Shown: positions 30,401 to 43,599, counted from the stretch's first letter. The stretch is 64,000 nucleotides of DNA from Epithemia pelagica (GCA_946965045.2 OX337241.1:1364001-1428000); one strand, 5' to 3'. Notes: a model not told the origin generated them from the letters alone. Numbers and translations: made by a program.

Positions 30401-33366
30401 TTCAGGACAACATCCGGTTTCGTGGTGCCATGGAGACTCTTATCAGTGATTGTGGTTCATCTCTCATCTCTCAAAAGGTCAAAGACATTCTTCGCACTTT
30501 GCTTATTGGGGAGTATCGATCCGAACCTTATCATCAACACCAGAATAAGGCTGAAAACCGTTACCAGACCGTCCAACGTATGACCAACGCCCTCATGAAT
30601 GCCACTGGTTGCCCTGCCAACACCTGGCTTCTTTCTCTTGAGTATGTCTGTGACTTATTGAACCATACATCGTCACCCACCCATTCCGGTCGCACTCCTC
30701 TTGAGGCTCTTTCCGGACGCCCACCCGATATTACTCATCTATTGCTCTTTCCTTTCTGGGATGAGGTTTACTACCGTGTCGACCCCGCTGACCCAAACTC
30801 TGGTTCATATCCATCTTCTTCTGATGAGAAACTTGGCCACTGGGTTGGTTTCGCTCACAACGTTGGTGATTCTTTTACTTGGAAGATTCTCACCCAGGAT
30901 AACCACATCATCTACCGTTCTGTCGTTCGCCGTGTTGCATCCACTACACCTAACCTACGTGTGGATCGACCTTCAGGGGAGGATTTGTCTGAGAAGGATG
31001 ACAATGATAAGCAAGCTGACACTGTCTTCATTTGCAGTGATAGTGAAGATCCATCCAAACCAATGCCCACGATCGATTTTGACGACATGATAGGACGCAC
31101 ATTCCTATGCGACACAGAAGAAAATGGGGAGCGACATCGTGCACGTGTCATCAAACAAGTCATTGACCTTAATGAAGAAGCAACGAAACAGGAAGAACGT
31201 GTCAAGTACATCTACCGAAAGACAAATTCTGATGTTGATGAGATGATATCCTATAATCAACTCATGGAGTATATCAAACGAGATAACCAAGCTCAAACCT
31301 CTGGAGATAATCTTTTCAGGTTCAGGGATGTCATTGCTCATCAAGGCCCACTGAACACAACTGATCCAGATTACAAGGGGAGCAAATAAAATTTGCTCGT
31401 TGATTGGGAAACTGGAGAGACTACCTATGAACCTTTATCACTCATCGCCAATGATGATCCGATCACTGTAGCAATTTATGGAAAGAAACATGGTTTACTC
31501 AACAAACCTGGATGGAAGCATTTGAAACGTTATGTCAAAACAAGCAAACGTCTCATTCGAGCAGCCAAACAGTCAAGGATTAAACAAGTTCACCATTCCG
31601 TCAAGTATAAGTTTGGATTTCAAGTACCACGCAATTATGAGGAAGCTGTCGCTCTTGACAAACAACATGGCAACACAAAGTGGCAGGATGCAACAGAATT
31701 AGAATTGTCACAGATCCAGTCCTACAAGACATTCAAGGATTTTGGGAAAGCCATCTTCATAAAAGGGAAAGTATCCAATGCACCTGAAGGGTATCATAAG
31801 ATACGTGTACATCTTGTCTTTGACGTAAAACATGATGGACAACATAAAGCAAGACTTGTCGCAGATGGACATCTCACAAAAGAACCTGTTGAGACAATCT
31901 ATTCAGGTGTTGTTTCCATTTGCAACCTCCGCATTGCCTTATTCCTGGGTACTTTGAATGACTTGGAAATATGGGGAGCAGATATTGGAAACGCATATCT
32001 GGAAGCCTTGACAGGGGAGAAAATCTTCATTGTCGCAGGACCTGTATTCAAGGAATTAGAAGGTCATATCCTGATTATATACAAGGCACTTTATGGATTA
32101 AAGTCATAAGGCACACGCTGGCATGATGTCTTATTCGATGTTTTGACCAACATGGGATTTTCACCAAGCAAAGCAGATCCGGATATCTGGATGAGGAAAG
32201 CACCTGGAGAAGACTGTTACGAATACATTGCCGTATACGTTGATGACTTAGCCATTATTTCTACTGATCCTGGGAATATCTGCAAGATCCTGAAGGAGAA
32301 ATACAACTTCAAACTCAAAGGAGACGGACCTATTGATTTCCACTTGGGACGTTGTTTCACCAAGGATTCTGATGGAACACTAGTAGCAGATCCAAGACGC
32401 TACATTGGTAAGATGATGGACACTTTCAAACGAATCTTCAAGGAGAAACCCAAGAAAGCCAAAACACCTCTTATTGGTGGAGACCATCCTGAATTGGATG
32501 ATTCTGAGCTTCTTGATGAAGAAGGTACTAGTCATTTCCAAACTCTGATTGGACAACTCCAATGGGTGATCACTATTGGTCGTTTCGACGTCTTCACCGC
32601 TACAATGACGCTGTCACGCTTTCGTGCTGCTCCGAGGAAAGGACATCTTGATAGAGCCAAGCGTATCTATGGATACCTTACACATCTCCCAGAAAGCGCA
32701 ATCAGATTTAGGATTGGAGAGCCTGATTATTCAAGTCTTCCTACCCAAGAAATTGATTGGACTCGCACTGTCTATTCGAATGCAAGTGAACGTATTCCTG
32801 AAGACTGCCCAACACCTCTTGGTCGCTATGTTACCACAACTCATTATGTTGATGCTAATCTCATGCATGACATAGTCACTGGTAAATCCGTCACTGCTGT
32901 TCTACATTTGTTGAACGGAACACCTATTGACTGGTACAGCAAGAGACAGAGCACGGTGGAAACTGCTACCTATGGATCCGAGTTTGTGGCTGCAAGGACA
33001 GCAATAGATCAGATTACAGAATTACGACATTCTCTCCGCTACCTTGGAGTACCTATCCGAGAGCGAAGTTACATGTACGGAGATAACAGATCTGTTGTGC
33101 TCAATGCAACCATCCCTCACTCCATACTATCCAAGAGACACCATCTTCTGTCATACCACCGAGTTTGTGAAGCAATTGCAGCAAAATATGTTGCATTCTA
33201 CTGGAAAGATGGAAAGACCAACCCTGCCGATATCCTTAGCAAATATTGGGATTTCGTATCTATTTCGCCCATGCTCAAGCCATTGTTGTTTTGGAAAGGA
33301 GAAGTTCAAGACCTCAACAAATCCAATGATGACAAGGCTGAAACGACGAGTTGTGGGGAGTGTTAG
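27466..33366 (+). pseudogene. Element B Gag-Pol polyprotein, single frame with two in-frame TAA (31387-31389, 32107-32109)
   Basis: PR LIDRGANGG; IN VATDSVFS, LISDCG and QNKAENR; RT ARLVADG, ADIGNAY and VYVDD; RH YVDAN and TYGSEF. The three ORF-track pieces share one frame. Confidence 0.92.
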
Positions 33367-34144
33367 AATTCTCACCGTATATGGCGGTTAGATTCTACAT
33401 CTCATCGAATCCCCATGTCACATAGCCCCGTGCTATCGCATCATGCCACCTAGCTTCGAGCTATGTTCCCTAGCTTCGCGCTATATCGACCTATATTTCT
33501 TCGCAAATCATGAAAAGTGAGAATAGATTGACGAACTCACTCTCAAGACTAAACTGGGTCGTGCGGTATTACAACGGACGTAAATTTGGCCGTTGCTCGG
33601 ACATTATACTAACGCCCTAAGCGTACGCGCCCGAAATCATCGAGCGCGCCCAAGCGACATCCGAGCGTCGTCGGCATCTATCCGACCCAACGGTCTAAGT
33701 ATCCCAAGCACGACACACGATCACGCGAGACCATATTTCCATTCCCACAATCTCCAAATTGTCAACAAGCTGCGTGCCATGAAAACAACTATGCCAATCC
33801 AAAGCAAGAGCTGTTGACCCTGTATATGTTATCCGTCCACATATACATGTCATATACATCACATGAATCAACTCCAACTATTCCAAACCTGTTGCCGCCA
33901 AGAACCTATGACACACGACCCTTGGCAGGACCGAACATTTCACGTAGACCTATCGTAGTAATCAACACACAATCTAACAATATCACCATTTATCACATCC
34001 TCTTTTGTGTCCTGACTATCCTTTTGATAGACTACGACTTGCTTTCCTCTCTTACCCGTGGAGAGGTTTGTATCGGTTGGTGACTACCTGATTGTCTGCT
34101 CTACCGAGCATCAACGCCACTGCAATTCCAAGAGAATTGTAACA
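33361..34144 (+). repeat. 3' LTR of element B (784 bp)
   Basis: Near-identical to 26665-27448. Confidence 0.96.
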
Positions 34145-36090
34145 AAAAAGTAAGGTGCTGGCAAAAGAACCGATGCCTCCGAGATGGTCCACAGTAAATG
34201 GAACCAAAACAATTTTATTCTGGTTCATGAGAGAGGCAGCCACTGGATCCTTGGTCAATTTCCCGCGCGCCACCAGCTGATGTGTCCTACTGGCAAGGTC
34301 TGCCAGGTTTTGAAGATCGGACAGGTCAGTTGGGGGTGAGTGGGAGCCACAGACAGTTGGCGGTGGGATGGTCACGTCAATGGCGATGTACTTGTACTCT
34401 TGTTTGTTTTCGGCCGGTATGAGCTTGATTCCCACGTCCGCGGGGCGGATGTTGGAAGGATAGGCCGGTAAGAGGTTGAGGGGCTCTACGTGTATGTCGT
34501 GGGGGGAACGTACATGCTTGGAGTGGGGAGCCAATTCTTGAAGGACGCTGAAGAGAGCGTCCCGAATGGTGTTTGAAGCATGAGTTTTTGGACTTTTGGA
34601 GCATGAAAATAGGTGATCTCCGTATGGGTCAAGGGGATGGTCCTTGTGACAAAGACATGTTTGGTTGGCGGTTACCGCAAATAAGGGGAGACGCAATTTT
34701 CTGAGCACCGTGGGATCGCATCAGGGATGTGAAACGGGGCAAATTGGCGAGGTTGATGAAGGGCCTTGCTGATGTATGGTGTCAAAGCAGATGGGAGACT
34801 AGGTTTTAAATGGACGGGGGTCGCAGCAATCAACCGGTCAAATTCGTGATGTTTCAGTCTTTTCTCGGTGAGGAGTTTTTGGAGTTTTGGATCGATGTCG
34901 AATTGGCGGAGGCTCTTGGTGTATGCTTGGAACCAAGGGAGTGGGCTGGTCTCCCAGTCTTGGAAGAGCCGTTTGTGGTAGTCGTGCAAGACCACTCCAT
35001 GGTGCTCGTGACATAATCGAATGGAACGGGCAGTGGCGCCAACCAAGGCGGCTTTGGCTGTGGTGTGAGGATCGGCAATGCCTAGGCCGCTGAATCTGTC
35101 CGGGATTGTCACGATGTGCAGTGCGTAATCGGGGATGGGGTCTCCAGTCCTCTGCAAGAGATGCTTGAGGAAGTGTTTATGGAGATTGTCCAGTTGTGTG
35201 GTCACTTCACTGGACCAATAGTGTCGTCACTGTCATGGGATGGCGCAGTGAGGATGTCGGCACTCAGCAGATGGTTGATTGAAGTGGCAATCGAAAACCT
35301 GTACATGATTGCTTTGGTCTGGACATTCGGTAGCTGCAGAATGGAGTCGGTGTGTTTTCGGAGCTCTGTAATTTTTTTTTGGATGAATGTTTGGGCAAAG
35401 TTGGCATTCCCAATTGGGTAGCCAAGGAATCTTGTCTCTATGGTGAGTTCGGCCGTGTGGGGATCTGAAGGGGCTAACAGGGAAAGGGCTTCTGTCAGGG
35501 CCGCTGCGGCTTCAGCAGGAAGGGCAGAGATGGGTGAGATACCGTTGGTTGAAGTGAGAATTTTAGTCTTGCTACAGCTGAGATGGATGCCCATGGGATC
35601 TCCAAGTTCTTGAAACCGACGAATGAACCATGGTAGGTCAGTATGAGACAGACACACCGATTTGTCATCCATGATGGAGGTAGTATGGGCTTTGGATCCT
35701 CGATTGTCGTCGCCCGGTGTGCCAGATGCCAGTCGTTGTTGTGCACGTGCTGCCAGTTCTGTGTTCAGCCGAGTGGCCAGGTCACCCAACACGATGCAAG
35801 CTAACAAGGGGCTGAGTGGGCATCCTTGAGGGAACCCTTCTTGTTGGTCAAACTTCTGTGGGTGGCGAGATTTGTTGTCGTACCATTGGTGGACTGGTTG
35901 ACCATGGAGTAGGTCAAAAAGCGGGACCAAGGAGTTGGTGATGGGGTTGGCTTGGAGCAGGGAACGGCATTTTGCACGGGATGTTGCGTTGAACATATTT
36001 GTTATGTCTAACAGAAGAAGTGCCCGGGTGGGGGATTTTTGATAGCTTGAGAGTAGGACGTTATTCTGGCTACTGGCCTCCGTTATAGGC
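34145..36090 (-). mobile_element. 5'-truncated, frameshifted non-LTR retrotransposon of CRE/R2-like type (RT, zinc finger, restriction-like endonuclease)
   Basis: RT motifs LLLDITNMFN, GFPQGCPLSP, IMDD and RFLGYPIG, then RFSGLGI; Zn finger CLC..DPYGDHLFSC; RLE-like RPADVG..IAIDVTIP; FTVDHLGG. Confidence 0.85.
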
Positions 36091-36190
36091 GGGGGCTGTT
36101 AACCAATAGGGGGGATACTGACGGGTCGTGGGGGGGGGGGGGGGGGGGAGAGGAATGTAGCAAGGAGAGATGAGTGCGGTGGCGGTGTTG

Positions 36191-36760
36191 TCATTTCTGC
36201 AAAGAAGAGGATTCGTGGAGCGCAAGTTGTTGGGCTATGTGGGTGGAGAGGCCGATGGTTGTGGCATGACCGAGTGCAATGTGAGCAAACGATTTGAGGG
36301 AGAGGTGTAAGGGAGGGGGGACGGATGGGTTGCTGTTTTTAGAGGAAGGGGCTTGAAACGGAGAGGGGATGACGACGGAGATCTGTTTCGGGTAGTAGGA
36401 GAAGTTGTCAAAAAGTTGAAAGGCGTCAGGTTTTGGGATTGTTCGCGACTGTCCATGGTGGTGGGGAGTTGGGGCCAAGGACGGGATGTTGGGTAGTTTG
36501 TGGGTTGTGGAAGAGGAGATTGTGTGCAAAGTGGCCCAGTTATCCAAAGTGATCGACTGTGAAGGGTTCTAGCAGCATTTGTTTGTCATTAAGGAGGGAG
36601 GCAGCGAAGGGGTCTCGTGTGAATTTAGTGCGGGCTGCGGTATGATGTGCCCTGCTTGCCGTGCTGTCGGCTAGTTGTAAAACATTGGGCAGATCGGTTT
36701 TGGAGTGAACGTCGTGGCTGAAAGGAAGCAAGCAACAATCAGACAGATGCCCCAAGCCGC
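36191..36760 (-). pseudogene. 3' remnant of a second, diverged CRE-like copy directly upstream of the first
   Basis: Translations KFTRDPFAASLLNDKQMLLEPFTVDHFG and PDAFQLFDNF...IALGHATTIGLSTHI parallel those at 34150-34400 and 26300-26600. Confidence 0.75.
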
Positions 36761-36892
36761 TTTAGTTGTAGCGTGATTGGAATGGCAGAGCTGCAAGATA
36801 GTGCAAGTGTCAATGTCTCGAATGCTCTGGCTGTTCTTGAGTTCCTCTTCCTCTTCTTCTGGTGCAGCGGTTTTGGAGTGAAGGTGGCTGAA

Positions 36893-37345
36893 TAGGAAGC
36901 AAGCAACAAAAAGGTGGCTGAAAAGGAAGCAAGCAACAATCAGACAGATGCCCCAAGCCGCTTTAATTGTAGCGTGATTGGAATGACAGAGCTGTTAGGT
37001 TGGTGAAAGAAGCTGGATAGGTGAAACGATTGAAAAGGGAATCTTGGCTGAGAGGAAGCAAGCAACAAAAAGGTGGCTGAAAAGGAAGCAAGCAACAATC
37101 AGACAGATGCCCCAAGCCGCTTTAATTGTAGCGTGATTGGAATGACAGAGCTGTTAGGTTGGTGAAAGAAGCTGGATAGGTGAAACAATTGAAAAGGGAA
37201 TCTCGGCTGAGAGGAAGCAAGCAACAAAAAGGTGGCTGAAAAGGAAGCAAGCAACAATCAGACAGATGCCCCAAGCCGCTTTAATTGTAGCGTGATTGGA
37301 ATGGCAGAGCTGTTAGGTTAATGAAAGAAGCTGGATAGATAATGG
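36893..37345. repeat. 159-bp tandem repeat, nearly 3 copies, plus a related partial unit at 36722
   Basis: AAGGAAGCAAGCAACAATCAGACAGATGCCCCAAGCCGC recurs at about 36722, 36923, 37082 and 37241. Confidence 0.9.
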
Positions 37346-38059
37346 GATTGAACAGGGGAATCTTGATTGCGTTGGGCGATCGATTGCTGTTGTTGCTGCT
37401 GTTGTTGTTTGTTGTTTGTTGTGGTGTGTTGGGTGGAGGTGGAGGGAGATGAATGAGCATCGATTCTGGTGGTCGTTGATTGTTGAATGACTAGTATGCT
37501 AGGTTGTTCGGTTTTCTTCGATGGATCAGAGTGTCGAGTTGGTAATCCCCGCGGTTTGGGTGATTGGGAAGGAGGATCCGCTTGAGAATGTCTGAGACAT
37601 TCTTTGGGACATCCAGGTGTGTCAGTCTTTCTGGCAGCTGCTGTGTGATGTGGTGGGAGTGGAAATTCGTGATTCAAAGGTGAGGGGACAGACGCTTGCG
37701 CATGAGGGTTGCGTCATACGCGTCTCGGTGAGGTCGAGCGCGCCAGACAGTTGCAGCGTGCATTATCGGAGTGCGGCGCGTGTTATTCGTGGTTTGATCG
37801 CGGGCTTGTGCGCATTAAAATTGTTGCATGCGCGTGATAGTTAGCTCGATCTCTAGAACTAGCTAGAGAAATGTGCATTGTTAGACCTAGATTTGCAGAT
37901 TTAGTTGGGAAAACAGGATTATAGTTAAAAACTGCGCATATAAAAATAAACTGCGCATAAAAAAATTTAATTCGGCGAATTTTTTCTAGAAATTCGCTTT
38001 TGGGGGTGGAAATCAAGCTCCAGGGCCCATTTCCCTCCTTAGATGCAGGAGATTCCATT

Positions 38060-38330
38060 TGTGGAATTGTGACAATTGATAGCAATGTATGTAAATTGTT
38101 TGGGTTCTTTAGCTGGTCAAATGTTGGCAGTGTGGTCGGGTAGACGGCCAAGCGGCTCAATGTGGACATCGTCGGCAGATCGGACGTGTGGTATAGGCCA
38201 TCGTGGATGGTGTTGGAGGCATGGGTTTGGGGGTCGTTACGGTAGGAGAAAAGGTGGTTGCCGTAACTGTTTGAGGTGGTGGGTTGATGGCAGATGCATC
38301 TGGGATTGTTGTGTGGAAGTCTAGTGTTTG
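38060..38330 (-). pseudogene. Third CRE-like fragment (zinc finger/RLE region)
   Basis: CICHQPTTSNSYGNHLFSY..THASNTIHDGL matches CLCHKDHPLDPYGDHLFSC..THASNTIRDAL at about 34600. Confidence 0.7.
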
Positions 38331-38849
38331 ATCCATTCGCGCTTGCAGTGGCCTGCGAATGCACGGGTTGCCACCAGGGGGAACTGCATCTCCTGGACCT
38401 CCAATGGCTACAACTGCACTGTTGACGGCTTCCCAGTGCGTCGATGACGTCCTGGTTCATCACTTGACGTGCGTCGAGGCAATCATCCTCATCGTGCACG
38501 TATGACCCAACTGCTCCAGTCCTTCCATGCCTGAAGTGTGCACCACCTGATACTGACCCGTTTGTCTTGGAGACATCCATGCAACGATGTCTTGGACGTG
38601 CACCCTGTTATGGAACACCACCATTCACTGGCTGGAGCAGATCCACCTCCACGCCATCTTCGGAAACACCGGGCAAGCGTGGCGCCTCTCGAAATCTTCT
38701 CTGGAGTTACCTTTTAAGATTTTAATCACTTGCAACACAGTCACTTGTGGGCGTGTCCTGTGTACATACGGTGTAAGAGTTTATGGATCTGATTCTGTTA
38801 CCCAGATGTAAGAGGAGGAAGGATAGGCATTGCACACGCAGCAGTGTGT

Positions 38850-40700
38850 GTGCATGGCAAACTGCATAGAGCCATAAATTAGCCGTGATAGCCTGCTTTG
38901 GCCATTTGCATGGATGCGAATGTCAATGGTGGTTTTGTTGGTTGTTGCATGCCTCTACCCATGCTTCGGCCTTGAATATGCCGTTGTCAGCATGGTATGT
39001 GGCTATGGTCACTCCTCTAGCCATCGCATATCACTCGAATGCTCGTTTTCCCTCTAGGGCTTCCTTTGCATTCGATGACTTTTGGAGAATTTGTAATTGT
39101 CTCTGGTTATGAAACCAGTCATCTGCTACCAGGCCTGTTGTCGGTGATTCCATTTGGTCTACGGACTACGGAGACTACTGCTCCTGGGATGTTATTTAGT
39201 CGCTCTGCTTCGCGGTCGCGTATGTTTCGGGAGCGCCGCAGGCGTTTTGTTGCTCTCGCATACTGACATGCAGAACAGACCGGTACTTTGCACTTAGTTA
39301 GGCGTAATGGAAAGGTTCCATCCTTTGCCCTTTGCTGCAGTTTCGTGAAGGGTGAGTGTCCCAAATCGTAATGATAGAGCCACATTTGTTTCACAGTCTT
39401 CCGTTGGACCCGAATGTCGTTGATTAGACCCAACAGTATTGCCTTGTCGGTTTCTTTTTCATCTGCAGTGCAGAGATTGATGAGATGTTGAGCTGCACAA
39501 GTTATGATTTCGTCCATTCACAAAGGATCCTTGTTAAGCCTTTCCGTTGAAAAGAGACTGGTGGAGAGGCTTAAACTATTCATGCTCGCTTGCAGTTGCT
39601 CAATGAAATCCATGGTTGCATAAGTCGGGACTCGATTGGTGTCACTACTGCGCGTGTCTTCGACGTTCGCTTCTGGTTCAATGTCCATGTGCCCATAGTC
39701 AATGGACTGGGGTGTAGAAAGATTCGTCTCTCCATCCAAGTTTTTGGAATGCATTATGATTTCATTTTCTTCGGTGGAGGCATCTTCGAAAGTCAAATGG
39801 GTCGGCGGTTCACGAGCCTTGTCATCTTGTTCCTGTAAGGTGACAAGAGCTTGAAGGAAGTCATCGTCATCAACAACATCGGCAGTGACATTACCTGTGG
39901 AGGAGTCGTTGCCAGAGTCGTCGACTGGTGGACGGCCAAAGCATGGAAAACTCTGATCATGCTGTCGACCTGTCGGAAGTTGATGTCGTCAATGTTTTCT
40001 TCGTCAGCAGCGACGTACCATTCGGGAAGAGTGGTCGAGTGTGCCAGTTGGGTGACACAGTTTGTGGTGGTGATGGCACTGGGGACTTCAGCTTCTTATT
40101 CAGCTTCTCCCTATCCAAGTTGACATTGTCGTCGTCGTCGGGGGCATCGTCGGAGGACGAACTGAAATGGTCCCAAAACGACGAGGGGCCGGTGGGAGGT
40201 GACGGCGGACGGGGCGCAGTGGCAACTGGGACACAAAACTGGGAGGACGGAAGCTCAGCAACGTTACAACGAGCAGCCCAGGCAGAGGCACGGCGGACCA
40301 ATCCCAAGTTAGCATGAGATCTTGCTGGACAGTTTCGAATGCATGAGCAGGAGCTCTTGCTTGTAGAACTCGCTGCCATTGGCCAGAAGAAAGGATTCAA
40401 AGACAGTCAAGGTAAGTGTTTGTTCAAAGAACCCAGGAGCGACAAGATCATCACACGCCTCACGGTGAGCTTGGGCCATTTCGGTGATGTTTTGCCCAGG
40501 GTAGAGGAAAGGAGTGCGGGCCTTGATTTCCTGTTTGTGACAGTATCCATGCGACGGATCTCGAGCAATTCCTTGATGTCTTTGAGGAACTGATTCAGGT
40601 TTTGTCCCTTCTTGAATTGATGCGGCTTCAAAGGCAGATGTGTCTTTCGCAAAATGATGTTGGAAGGGAGTGTTGTCGTGCTTGGCGGCCAAGGGGTCGA
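38850..40700 (-). pseudogene. Degenerate CoDi/copia fragments (Gag, GAG-pre-integrase, integrase)
   Basis: Gag-like YPGQNITEMAQAH (40309-40692); WLYHYDLGHSPF..CSACQYAR (39119-39517); TYHADNGIFKA near 38960-39010. Many stops and frameshifts. Confidence 0.75.
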
Positions 40701-43599
40701 GGGCGGTCCAATCAGCATTTGGTTTTCCGCCAGTCCAAACAATTGGGTTGGGTTGGGTTGGCTTGAAATGCTGGAAGACTCTGGAAGGGTAGAAAGGTGT
40801 ACGTCAAAATGACGCTGGCCTGGATCGTCTTCGAGCGATCACCCGGACATTACAAGTACACACTCATCGTAATCCGAAAGGAGCCGCTGACTTGCTGCTT
40901 GGAGCAGGAGAGGGTGGCCGAATCACATTATGGCTGGTTGTTGTGTCATTGTTTGTCATTATGGTTCTGATGAGTTTTTGCCGCAGTTACAGTGATTGGA
41001 TGTAATGTTTTGTGGTGGCTCTTCTTGTATAGTGTGCCAGATCCGATCGAAACCCGGATGTATGAGGAAGGGGAAGACATAGTTACCTGGCCTCGACATC
41101 AAACTTGTCTTCGCTGCTTGAGAACAGTGAGCATGTCGCATTCCCGTAGTACTTGTATCCTTACCCCCAAGCAGGGGTGAATAGTCGGGTCGTATATGTG
41201 TCGTGAATTTGAGGTGCAAAGTCTTATTCACCCCCACGGCGCAAGGGTCCAAAATTGGCGATTTCTCGACTTTGCCACAAACCACAAAAACACACCACAC
41301 ATTCACCACGGAGCCAATCTTGAGAGTGTCATAACATCACCCATGAATGTTCAATCCCTCACCCAAGATGACCAACATGTCTCCCTTACCCCACCGGACC
41401 ATTGTGAACCTGCGGTTGCCTCCGAAACCCGCCGCAACGAGTCTCTATATGGTCTGCATACCACCACCAAGAACAACCACACCAACGAGACAGATGACCA
41501 TCCTTTCCATCCATCCATGCAAGCTCTCCTTTTGATCCAACCATCCGCAAGCCTCCCTTGCACCTCCACAGACCAAATGGAAGCTTCGCATTGGCTCGAA
41601 ACCACAATCAACCAGGCTTTTTCCGATTACAACGGCAAGACGACTCGTGCTTGGGGATTGTCTATTTGTTTGCTGATATCACCATCTATGTCATAAACTA
41701 TGGTTGATTGTTGTGTTGTTGTCCTCGTCTTTGGGGAAGCTAGATGCAACAAACAAGAGGTGATTGCTGTGTGATCTTGGTGCTTCGTATCTTTGAGCTT
41801 AATTTGTGTCTTATCATTGTTGTGTGTGGAGAGCAAAGACCCCAATGTTGTTGTTGTTGTCGAGTACTGAGGGCCTTGTTTTCCATGGGATAAAGATAGG
41901 CCGATGAAATCAATGAAGGAAGGAGAGAAAGGAAGAGGGGGAACGTCGTCGATGCCTGATAGAAAGGAATAATGGGTGAGAAGAAGGTTGTTTTGGGTGA
42001 TGCTTCTGTTGCTGCCTACCATGGACCTTGGTAAGCCAATGTCAACCTTTCCGCACCACTATCGAGTCATACAGTCCACATGCGCCTTGTTTTGGATGAT
42101 GGTGGCCTTTGGGCAGTGATGATGGGCCATGGACAATCGCATCACCTCCAGTGCCGTGGTGAATGCGCGGAGTGGTTGCGAGGTTTGTGTCAAAGTCGAG
42201 AGCGGAAGGAACGCGCCGTGGGGAGTACTGGACCACCGCCAGCAAGTTTGCGTGCTAAATTGTGGACAAGAGACATACTATGATTCTGGTGGGGAGAACC
42301 TTCGGTCATTTCTTGGTCCACTATATAGAGCCACAGTTGTTTCACAGTCTTCCGTCCCAAATGTCGTTGATTAGACCCAACAGTATTGCCTTGTCGGTTT
42401 CTTCTTTGTATGCAGTGTAGAGATTGATGAGATGTTGAGCTGCACACGTGATGATTTCGTCCATTCGCAAAGGATCCTTGTTAAGCCCTTCCATTTGAAA
42501 AGAGACTGGTGGAGAGGCTTAAACTATTCATGCCCGCTTGCAGTTGCTCGATGAAATCCATGGGTGCAGAAGTCGGGACTCGATTGGTGTCACTACTGCG
42601 CGTGTCTTCAACATTCGCTTCTGGTTCAATGTCCATGTGTGCCCATAGTCAATGGACTGGGGTGTAGAAAGATTCGTCTCTCCATCCAAGTTTTTGCCCG
42701 TCTTTGAGGTGCCAGCAGATGTGAATTCTCCATTGGTCGGTTTGATTCATGGAGTCTTGCCTTGGGACTATTCTGTATAGATCATACGACCCAAATCACC
42801 AGGGTTGTCTTGCGTCGTGAAAGCCTCATCTATTGCATTTTATTTTATGGGATGCATGTAGTATATTATACAAAATACTGAACTCAATCTTACTAAGGTA
42901 TCGTGAGAGAAAAGAAAAAAATATCGACATATTTGTGCAATATGACAAATCCTATAAAGTATTTAGAGTCAATCTTGAAAATCAACAAATATTGATTCCT
43001 GTTAGTGATTTTTGTAAGGCTCGACATTTTCTTCAAGACTCGCCACTCGCGAATGAGTTGGCATGCATATGACCGAAAAAAGGAGTCTATAAGAGCCGGC
43101 AAAGGAAGATGTGATTCAGGGTGGTGACGTGCTTGTCTGGTATGGTGACCTGTTTCATTGTAGTCCAAGTATTGCCACAGACCCAAGTGATTGTCAATTC
43201 TTGCGTGTGGTCTTGAAATACTGATTAATGTAGCCAGACTATAGCACGATTTAACATTCATTGTGTATCTTCCTCCACTCTTGCTGCCCTCATTTGAACA
43301 AAAATGACATTTGTTGCTTGTCCTCAGTTAGATACCTTTCGAACATTGAAAAAGGACTTTTCATGTCACAAAATGACATATCCCTTGGAATCAGTTCCAC
43401 CTCCTTGCATCAGCCTCTTCCCCGTAATCACAATAGACTGCATCGTGGCAATCGTTATACAGATTTCGGAGCAGAAGGATCTACAAACGCGACAGAACCA
43501 GAAGCACGCGGAGGGACAACGGAACTCGATCGCAAAGGCTCACTTGAAGGCATAATAGTGGTAGCGGGAATGGGTGCGGGCGCACGCGGAACGGATGGT

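Larger units (their letters stand above)
26665..34144 (+). mobile_element. Ty1/copia (CoDi-like) LTR retrotransposon B, full length, 7480 bp
   Basis: 784-bp LTRs TGTTA...TAACA at 26665-27448 and 33361-34144; TSD AAAAA; PPT-like GTGGGGAG before the 3' LTR; order Gag-PR-IN-RT-RH. Confidence 0.96.

Noticed and set aside
17629-33366. In-frame TAA codons in young elements as evidence of an alternative genetic code
   Set aside because: The expected residues differ (K, Y, S), copy A' has AAA at one site, and the fasciclin gene ends in TAA. Ordinary nonsense mutations or base errors explain them.
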